Assembly (NCBI RefSeq): GCF_011745625.1
Contig: NW_027191466.1
Location: forward strand, 62,001 to 126,000
Length of the DNA stretch: 64,000 bases
Reading direction: 5' to 3'
Origin: Cladosporium halotolerans
Taxonomy: Eukaryota
A program made the translations under genes and the position numbers. The number at the start of each line of letters is the position of its first letter. The stretch's first letter is position 1. The notes beneath the pieces were generated by a model. That model saw nothing but the letters and a program-made list of their open reading frames with translations, was not told the DNA's origin and ran no database searches. Shown here piece by piece: positions 54,758-64,000 of the stretch.

Positions 54758-56995
54758 TGTGAGGCTCAGCTGAGGCTGTATGCACTGTGCGTTAAGCGCA
54801 ATGCCATGCCGGCCCTAAGCCACAAGCCGCAGATGAAGCCGCGTCCAGATCGCCATGGGTAGAAATGCGGTGAGGAGCAATTGGCATGTTGTCGCCCAAC
54901 TTTGACATGACAAACACCGAGTGTTGTCACTGTCGACCAAGTGAGGCACGAAATAGTCCCTATGAGGAGTATGGACGTCAATGGCGGCCATGAATCCGTG
55001 AAAGGTGAAGCGCGCTACTGCGCATCTTATGAAAGACCCTTGCCGAACGGCTGCATGAGTCGCGTGGGTCTGCCTTGAAGCCTCACATCAGTCATGAAAA
55101 GATTAGTGGGCCTTTATCCGCAGGGAACAATTCGTCCGGAACCTCGGAAGAGTTTTGAATGCGTCTACCGCCTCTTTTGTCAGCGAGTCTTTAGAACATG
55201 AAGTGAAAGCTTGAGCGGAGCGCGATTCGGGTGGCACAGATCGGATGCTCATCATCGTAACGTCTTCGTTGACAACGTTTCTGACATGCACTGAAGCATC
55301 CGTCAACGATACCTGGGGTCTTTCGGGCTGGAGAATCTCTCATTTCTAGAACGGACAAGTCAAGTATCTTGCAGAAGCGGGCTGCTCATGACCATGCGCC
55401 CCGGGACTGTTCTTCGCGTGTTCCATCGGCGCGAGTTGCGGGTCGAGACTTTTGTTGGGCAGGGGTGGCGACTACGGGGTAACAGCCTGGTAGGGCGAAC
55501 AGATCAGATCACGAATTTTCATTTTCCACCACGTCTCGGAAGCTGCAATGCCCGAATTTGCTCGTGTGCGTGGTAATGCTCCTGCTTTGAAATCCAGGGC
55601 CTAATATACTTGCCGGGCAGCCGACTGTGCTGCGCGTCGAGGTGGATCTGGTGGTGGGACTCGCGAGGAAGCGTTGGCGCTCGCGTGGAGATCCCTCGTG
55701 TCAGGCACGGTGGAGTTGTCGTTGGAGTCTGAGTCGAGGCTCGCAGTCCACAATATTATCTGCTCAGGAGTCCCATATGACAGGTGCCTTCGGAGACTTT
55801 ATCACTAATCCAGACAGTGTATGTCCAGCGCGGGTGGCTCACTAATACAATCCTAGTGGTCCATTGTTTCGCAAAGATGCCTTGGCAATCAACATGCGGT
55901 CAGACTGTACGCGACGTGCTGAGACACGCTCTTGCTGCACGCGGTAGGCCGAGATAAGGAAATGAGGTACATAGGGTGGTTCGGGCAGGGCTTGCTTGGT
56001 GAGCAATTCTCAACCACATCCAACTCATGCCCACCTCATGCATGCAGCCTGCTATACCGATTCGCACACCGCAAGCGAGAGGTTCTCGGCGGTCAAAGCG
56101 AACGTTGACGCTACTCGGAGTTAAAGTCACGCAGCATGAGTGTTCGTGAGGGAGAGCTGGCGCAATGTTGGCGGCATGTCTCGATAGGGCAGAAGAGCGC
56201 CGGATGGCAAGCCGCAGCAGCGCGGCCGCGTCCGGAGTTTAGGATGGAGCTAAGGGCTGCGCGGGCGCCGCGGCGTGGGAAAATCTTACGCCCCCCAGAT
56301 TAGCGAGGAGCGGCAGACTCGGTGCCAGAAGTGGTGGCATGAGAGAAGCTTAATGCTGACGTGAGCGGCGTGCGTCTGCCGGTGGAGCCAAGCGCGCGTG
56401 TTTGGACGACAGCAGCACAAGATGGGACGAAAGAGCGCGTGTTCAGGCGAACGAGAGAGACGCCAAAGAGACGGCGCATCCAAATGAAACTGTAGGATTC
56501 CAGGTCTGCTCGTCCCCCGTGCCTGCTGACGGATCGGCACACGCGAAGGCCCGGCGAACAACGTGCCGCACGCTTGGCTCGATGGCTGCAGCAGCGCTTG
56601 GCCCGAGCGATGACGATGCTGCGTGTTGCCGTGGTGAAGTCTTGCCTCATCGCTTTTTTGCCGTGGTGGACCTGACCACACGGCCGCGAGGGCCGCATTA
56701 TTCAGCGCCGCAAACTCCCCTTAGGTCCGAGGGTAGCTTTCGCATCATCGCCGTAGCCCCAATGCGACACCGTCGTTGGTGAGAAGCGCATGTCTTCCTT
56801 TTCTTCCCCTCCCCTTCCTCTCTCCTTCTGACCCGCTTGCATCACCATTGTTGTCGGTTCGTGTGGCGACGACACTCCATCCCAGAGCGTATACAGCAGC
56901 GCCAGACGCCGCACGCTCTCCACCACATTTCTCTTAATACTTTCACACCCAACTTCACACAGTCTCTCGCACAATAATCAACCACACGCCCCAAC

Positions 56996-59900
56996 ATGTG
57001 GGGCTCAGGCGTTGATGAGCGCAAGCTCACGCGCACCGACACCGGCAACTTGCCGACACAGAACGCATGGCACCGTGGCGACGCCCATGATGATGCGGAT
57101 AGATTGCACCCACCCCACGAGCCCGCCGAGTCCTCCGAAGAACTCGACCGTAGCGGAACATGGGGCGAGAAGGACGTTGGCGGGATCAACGAGGAAGGCG
57201 CCCTGAAGGATTTCCAGAACCTCCGCAGCGAATTGACCAACATGGAACGAGTCCGGACGCACGAAACCCAAGCGTCGGTGAAAAGAACCATGAGTGGCGC
57301 CAGTGCTGGCCGCCGAAAGAGCAAAGTCAGCACCGCTCGCCCTGAAACAAGCCACACCAACCGCGAAACCGAAGATGGAACCGACATTACTGGCGACCTC
57401 GAGGCTGGCGGAGATGACAAGGAAGACGAATTTGAGCTCGACCAGTTCATGCGGGAAGGTCACTTCGAGAAGAGGACGGAAGGCCAGTCGGCCAAGAAGG
57501 TTGGCGTCATTTTCAAGGACCTCACAGTCAAGGGTGCCGGCGGAGGCGCAATGTTCGCCAGGACACTTCCCGATGCTATCCTTGGTACTTTTGGACCTGA
57601 TCTTTACCACGTCATCACCCGTTTCATTCCCCAGCTTTCGTTCGGCGGCGGTAACCTCAAGACTCTCCTGCACGGATTCAATGGCTGCGTTCGCGACGGA
57701 GAGATGCTGCTCGTTCTCGGCCGCCCCGGCTCCGGATGCAGCACATTCCTCAAGTCCATCACCAACAACCGTGAGAGTTATGCCCAAGTGACTGGTGATG
57801 TATCCTACGGCGGTATTTCTGCTGAGAAGCAGAAGAAGATGTACCGTGGTGAGGTCGTCTACAACCAGGAAGACGACACCCACATGGCCGTCCTCAACGT
57901 CTGGAAGACTCTGACTTTCGCCCTCATGACCAAGACGAAGAAGAAGGCCCGAGAGGAGATCGACGTTATTGCTACTGCGCTTATGAAGATGTTCGGTATC
58001 TCTCACACCAAGTACACCATGGTTGGTGACGAGTACACGCGTGGTGTCTCCGGTGGTGAGAGGAAGCGTGTTTCCATCGCTGAAACTCTTGCTTCGAAAT
58101 CCACCGTTGTCGCTTGGGACAACTCAACCAGAGGTCTCGATGCGTCCACCGCTCTGGACTATGCTCGCTCTCTCCGTATCATGACCGACGTGTCTGATCG
58201 CACTACTATGGTCACCCTTTACCAGGCCGGTGAAGGCATTTACGACGTGATGGACAAGGTCCTGGTCATTGACGCTGGTCGCCAAATTTTCATGGGCCCC
58301 GCTCGCGAGGCCAAGAAATACTTCATCGACCTGGGCTTTGAGTGCCCTCCGAGACAGACTACCGCGGATTTCTTGACAGCCGTCACCGATCCTGTGGAGC
58401 GTCGTTTCCGTGCTGGTTGGGAAGACCGTACGCCCAAGACTCCGGAAGAACTTGAGAAAGCCTTCCGGCAGTCTGAGCACTACCAGAGGCTGCTCGCTGA
58501 CATGGCTGACTACGAGAAGCACATCAAGGAGACCGACTACGCCGATGCTAAGCAGTTCGAAGGTGCTGTTCAGGAAAGCAAGTCGAAGCACGTCAAGAAG
58601 TCTTCCTCCTACACTGTCAGCTTCCCCAGCCAGGTCCTTGCATGCACCAAGCGTGAGTTCTGGCTCATCCTTGGTGACACGACTACCCTCTGGACCAAGA
58701 TCTTCATCATTATCTCTAACGGTCTCATTGTCGGCTCTCTCTTCTATGGCGAATCTCTCAACACTTCTGGTGCTTTCAGCCGTGGCGGTGCCCTCTTCTT
58801 CAGCATTCTCTTCCTTGGTTGGCTGCAACTTACCGAACTTATGAAGGCGGTCAGTGGCAGAGCGGTCGTTGCAAGGCATAAGGAATATGCCTTCTACCGC
58901 CCGTCTGCCGTCAGCATTGCTCGTGTCATTACCGATCTTCCCGTTATCTTCGTCCAGGTCGTCATATTTGGTGTGATCATGTATTTCATGACCGAACTCG
59001 ACGTTGACGTGAGCAAGTTCTTCATCTGGCTGCTTTTCGTCTATGTCAACACCATTCTTCTGACTGCCCTGTACCGCATGTTCGCCTCGCTCAGTCCAGA
59101 AATCGACACTGCCGTTCGCTTCTCTGGTATTGCGCTCAACCTGCTCATTATTTACACTGGTTATGTTATCCCGAAGACTCAGTTGCTGAGCAAGTACATC
59201 TGGTTCGGCTGGCTCTACCACGTCAACCCGATCTCGTACAGTTTCGAGGCCGTGTTGACGAACGAGTTTTCCGACAGAAGGATGGAATGTGCGCCCAGTC
59301 AGCTCGTGCCGCAAGGACCGGGAGTTGACCCTGCCTACCAGGGATGCGCTCTCCGCGGTGCGCAGGTCAACGCAGACTACGTCGATGGCTCGGCCTACCT
59401 CAGCTCGCAGTACAACTACACCCGCAGCCACCTGTGGCGCAACTTCGGCGTTGTCATCGCTTTCACCGTTCTTTATATCCTGATCACCGTCATTGCCAAC
59501 GAGCTGTTCCAGTTCACTGGCGCCGGCGGTGGCGCCCTCATCTTCAAGAAATCTCGCAAGGCCAAGAAGCAGGTTCAGTTCCAGGAGAACACGTCTTCCG
59601 ACGAGGAGAAGGCCGCCGCTGCCGCTGGTAGCGACAGCAGCTCCTCCACCAAGAAGGAGTCCACGATGGGTGAGAGCCCTGACGAGAAAGCTCAGGAGGA
59701 GGCGCTCGCCAACATCTCCAAGAGCGAGTCCATCTTCACCTGGCGCAACGTCGAGTACACTGTTCCCTACCTAGGCGGCGAGCGCAAGCTTCTCAACGGC
59801 GTCAACGGCTACGCGAAGCCCGGTGTCATGGTCGCTCTGATGGGTGCCTCTGGTGCCGGTAAGACTACTCTGCTCAACACTCTTGCCCAGCGTCAGTCTA

Positions 59901-61784
59901 TGGGTGTCGTCTCCGGCGAGATGTTCGTTGATGGTCGTCCTCTGGGTCCTGAATTCCAGCGCAACACCGGTTTCTGTTTGCAGGGTGACCTCCACGATGG
60001 TACTGCTACCATTCGTGAGGCGCTTGAGTTCTCTGCCGTCCTCCGTCAGCCCGCCAGCACTCCTCGCTCTGAGAAGATCGCGTACGTTGACCAGATCATT
60101 GATCTGCTCGAGCTTCAAGACATGCAGGACGCTCTTATCATGAGTCTGGGTGTCGAGCAGCGCAAGCGTCTGACCATTGGTGTCGAACTTGCCGCTAAGC
60201 CCTCCCTTCTTCTGTTCTTGGACGAGCCGACTTCTGGTCTGGACTCCCAGTCTGCCTACTCTATTGTTCGTTTCCTGAAGAAGCTGGCTGCCGCTGGCCA
60301 GGCCATTGTCTGCACCATTCACCAGCCATCTTCGATTCTCATTCAACAATTCGATATGATCCTCGCCCTCAACCCTGGTGGAAACACCTTCTACTTCGGT
60401 CCTGTCGGCGAGAACGGTTCCGATGTGACCAGGTACTTCGGTGAACGTGGCGTCCACTGCCCGCCGGAGAAGAACGTCGCCGAATTCATTCTCGAGACTG
60501 CGGCCAAGCCACACAAGCGCCCTGACGGATCAAGGATCGACTGGAACGAAGAGTGGAAGAACTCTCAGCAGGCTCAAGACGTCATCGAGGAGATTGAGGG
60601 ACTCAAGCTCACCAGGAGCAAGTCCATCCCGGAGAAGGTCCGCAAGGAGCAGCAACGCGAGTACGCCGCGCCCGTCTGGACCCAGATCTACGAGATCACG
60701 AACCGCACTTTCAAGCAATACTGGCGTGATCCCAGCTATATCTACGGCAAGCTCTTCGTCTCCGTCATCGTCGGTATCTTCAACGGTTTCACTTTCTGGC
60801 AGCTCGGCAACACCATCCAGGACATGCAGAACCGCATGTTCACGGCTTTCCTGATTCTCACCATCCCTCCGACTGTCGTCAACGCCGTCGTTCCCAAGTT
60901 CTTCACCAACATGGCTCTTTGGCAAGCTCGCGAGTACCCCTCTCGTATTTACGGCTGGGTCGCTTTCACCACCGCCCAAGTCGTCGCCGAGGTCCCCTGG
61001 GCCATCATCGGCGCCGTCATCTACTATGTCATCTGGTACTTCCCTACCGGCCTGCCGACCGACAGCTCGACGGCCGGCTACGTCTTCCTCATGACGATGC
61101 TCTTCTTCCTCTTCCAAGCCAGCTGGGGACAGTGGATCACGGCCTTCGCGCCCAGCTTCACCGTCATCTCTAACGTCCTCCCCTTCTTCTTCGTCATGTT
61201 CTCTCTCTTCAACGGCGTCGTCCGCCCCTACGCCGAGCTGCCCGTCTTCTGGCGCTACTGGATGTACTACGTCAACCCATCCACGTGGTGGATCGGCGGC
61301 GTGCTGGCCGCGACCCTCGCCGGCCAGCCCATCGAATGCGCCGAGGCCGAGACCGCCGTCTTCGACCCGCCGCCCGGCCAGAGCTGCCAGTCGTACGCGG
61401 GCGCCTTCGCGCAGTCTTCTGGCGGCTACCTGCTGCAGCCCGACGCGACGAACAACTGCATGTACTGCCCGTACTCGAGCGCGGACGGCTACCTGTCGAC
61501 GCTCAACATCAGCCCCGCCGACAAGTGGCGGGACTTTGGCATTTTCTTGGTTTTCGTCGCGACCAACTACATGCTGGTGAGTACCTGCTTATCAGTCTTG
61601 CAATTCAAATGCAGAATGCTAACACAGTCTTTCCCAGGTCTACTTCTTCATCTACACCGTCCGCGTCAAGGGCTGGGCCTTCGGCCTGGGCTACGTCTTC
61701 GGTGCGCTCGGCAAGCTCGTCGAGCTCATCAAGGCTCCCTTCAAGGGCCTGTTCAAGAAGAAGGAGGGCCAGCAGCAGGAGTAG
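56996..61784 (+). CDS. Full-size PDR-type ABCG multidrug transporter, intron 61577-61637
   Basis: NBD1 GRPGSGCST, VSGGERKRVSIAE, WDNSTRGLD; NBD2 GASGAGKT, LGVEQRKRLTIGVEL, LDEPTSGLD; two TMDs; the spliced end reads VYFFIYTVRVKGW..QQQE*. Confidence 0.96.
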
Positions 61785-62262
61785 GAGCTTTTCCCATCCT
61801 CTGACAATCCTTCATTCTTTTCTTTTTACCTCTACTTATTAATGCCTCGATGTGGCAACGGGACGCACAGGACACGGGGGTGTCTCCGACTTGACATCAT
61901 CAAAAATAGACGCGATAGATCTTATGTGGAGGGCCTTACATCTTACGGGTTGTTATACAAGGCGGGGTCGGCTTTTGTGGCCCTTTAGCGTTGGCGTTTT
62001 CTTTTTATAATTGATCTTTATTAGTTACATCGATCCGATGCAAAAACAAGCGAGCACAATGCTTCATAACTTTACTAGGGTTCCATTCCGATCGTCTCGA
62101 TTCATCCGATTATCATCTTGTCTTGAGCGACACAAACAAGAAAAGCACGCCTTAATCCCACCACACCATCCCATGATATCCCATCCCATCAAATCGTATC
62201 CCCCTTCACATCAAAAACCATTAACCCCTCTCTCACGCCTTCCACCAGCCCTCTCAACCCCC

Positions 62263-63153
62263 TCAAATCAACGCTCCCAAAACAACAAACCCGACCCCCA
62301 CAGCCCCAAGCACCAACCCCCCAAACACCCTCTCCGCAACCCCACCGGCCCCATTCACAGTCTGGCTAATCGGCGAGCTGCCAGCCGACGTCGCAGCGGG
62401 GCTGTCAGACGCAGACATCGTGCGGATGCCGCTGGCGCTGCTGAAAACAAACGACGACGAAGAGGAGGAGGACGACGACGACGAAGAAGAATATGCAGTC
62501 GCTCCGCTGGCGCTGTAATCGGTCGCTGAGGCGCCGCCGCCGCCAATCCCGGAGAGAACAGTCGTCGGCGCGGTGGTCGCCGTCGTCTGGAACGAAGGCG
62601 GCGTTGACGCGATCGACGTGTCGAGCGAGCTCAGCATCGTCGTCGTCGAGCTGGAGGCGGAGACGTCGTAGCTGTAGCTGCTGCTGACGCCGCCGCCGGA
62701 CGACGAGCCGCCGCTGGCGAAATCGGGGCAGGTGGTCGTCGCGTTCGCGGGGTCGTAGCAGTTGATGTTGTCGCCCGGGCACTGGACGTAGGTGCTGCCG
62801 AAGCAGGATTTGCAGTCGCCGTTGTCGCACCAGTCGGTGTACGTGATGTTGTAGTCGGAGTAGCCGGTCGTGTCCGAGGGGGAAGAGGGGGAGGACGGGG
62901 AGGAGTCGGAGGACTCGGGGGTGGTGCAGGATTCGATGCCGTAGGAGCTGTCGCCGGGGCTGTAGCAGTAGTAGTCGGAGCCTGGGCAGGGTTGGTAGGT
63001 GGGCCCGAAGCAGGTGACGCAGTCGCCGATGCAGCGCTTGGTGAGCTCGGAGGAGAAGGTGAGGGTGTCGCGGCGGAGGAGAGTGGGGGTGAAGGAGGCG
63101 ATGAGGGAGGTGGGGAGGAGGGTTAGGAGGAGGAGGGAGGTGGTGGGGGCCAT
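62263..63153 (-). CDS. Putative GPI-anchored Cys-rich, Ser/Thr-rich cell-surface protein
   Basis: Signal peptide MAPTTSLLLLTLL, RR/KR sites, two 6-Cys modules, Ser-rich stalk, omega-like NGA plus hydrophobic tail. Confidence 0.8.
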   Translation of the reverse strand: MAPTTSLLLLTLLPTSLIASFTPTLLRRDTLTFSSELTKRCIGDCVTCFGPTYQPCPGSDYYCYSPGDSSYGIESCTTPESSDSSPSSPSSPSDTTGYSDYNITYTDWCDNGDCKSCFGSTYVQCPGDNINCYDPANATTTCPDFASGGSSSGGGVSSSYSYDVSASSSTTTMLSSLDTSIASTPPSFQTTATTAPTTVLSGIGGGGASATDYSASGATAYSSSSSSSSSSSSSFVFSSASGIRTMSASDSPAATSAGSSPISQTVNGAGGVAERVFGGLVLGAVGVGFVVLGALI

Positions 63154-64000
63154 TTTTGTTGGTGGATGGCGAGGACGCTTTCGACTTCGCTTTGGTCGAG
63201 GTGTGATGTCGTGCTGGGAGGAATGACTACTACTCACACCCATGGACGCGATGCGGCTGATATATACATAGCCCATCGCCCTCCAGACCGGTCAATCGAT
63301 TCCACGACATCAGGCGCCTGCGCGCTATACAGCCACAGCCACGCAGGAGTCATCTCATCACGCACAAGCCTTTCAAGGCCGTCCAATGATAGGAGATGCT
63401 AAGTTCGGAGGGTATAGCAGGAGATGCTTGGTCGGGCGAGGCGTCAAAGCCATGAGCGGTCCGCGATGCCACAAAAGGCCATGAATAGCAGCGCGCCGCC
63501 GCATCAGGCGAGAGTGCATAACGGTCGATAGTATTGGAGACATGCGGCTATCCATCCCCAGCACGTCGCGTCGTGCAGAGGCGCGCATCGGCGCGTGCCG
63601 GCCAATCATTCTCGTTCGATGGACCCGACTATTGCCCATGTGAGAGTTCTTCCTTCGCGCGGTCGAGGTTGGGGGCCCTGGAGTCCAAACGCGGTGTCAA
63701 GAAGCATCGACCGTCGACCGCTGAGACGTCTTCAGAATAAGAAGCGAGGAAACGGTTGCAAGCGCGGAGGTTGATCGTTTCTCCACTGCTAGTCACGTCT
63801 ATCATCCTCCTTCCGGCGTGGTCGCCAAGCGCCAGCTGAAAGACGGGCGAATTGCTCATCTCCTGATTGTGTTTCATGGCTGAACTTTGTGCGCAAGCCT
63901 CGAGGCTGAGCCTGCAGCGTCCAATAACATTGCATCTCTTTCGTTTGTTCTTGTTCAATCAACCAACAGAGCATTTCGTCCATTCCACGATGCCAGCATG

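Noticed and set aside
63373..63983. Short ORFs at the right end of the window
   Set aside because: No motif or codon bias; probably the promoter of the GPI gene, and the context is truncated
1..64000. Transposons, CRISPR arrays, rRNA/snRNA genes, secondary-metabolite cluster
   Set aside because: No transposase or RT ORFs, terminal repeats, RIP-like AT-rich blocks, spacer arrays, recognisable rRNA/snRNA sequence or PKS/NRPS seen

Overview
Eukaryotic, GC-rich filamentous-ascomycete genomic DNA. A Dothideomycete (Capnodiales/Mycosphaerellales-like) origin is my inference from protein style and the short GT..CTRAC..YAG introns. I support 20 protein-coding genes plus an intron-containing tRNA-Pro(CGG). 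In window order: a 138-aa orphan, peroxisomal dienoyl-CoA isomerase, Msb2 signalling mucin, GH12 glucanase, a 68-aa microprotein, IleRS, an SDR/epimerase, Sfi1, an NDUFAF8-like twin-CX9C protein, Leu2, Lap3/bleomycin hydrolase, PhoD, oxalate decarboxylase, Sdh5, an FLC/TRP-like channel, a glucose-oxidase-like GMC enzyme, a Ptc5-like PP2C, Ncl1/Trm4, an unknown membrane protein, a PDR-type ABC transporter and a Cys-rich GPI protein. I saw no transposon, CRISPR array or secondary-metabolite core enzyme. Most worth following up: (1) a protein-like +1-frame extension running past the FLC stop codon, with a UUU_CGU candidate slippery site; (2) a phoD / oxalate decarboxylase / glucose-oxidase-like neighbourhood whose promoters all carry repeated CACGTG boxes; (3) a candidate box C/D snoRNA in an ORF-free region with splice signals; (4) an IleRS that looks divergent at usually conserved motifs. 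All homology calls are from motif recognition by eye, not database searches.
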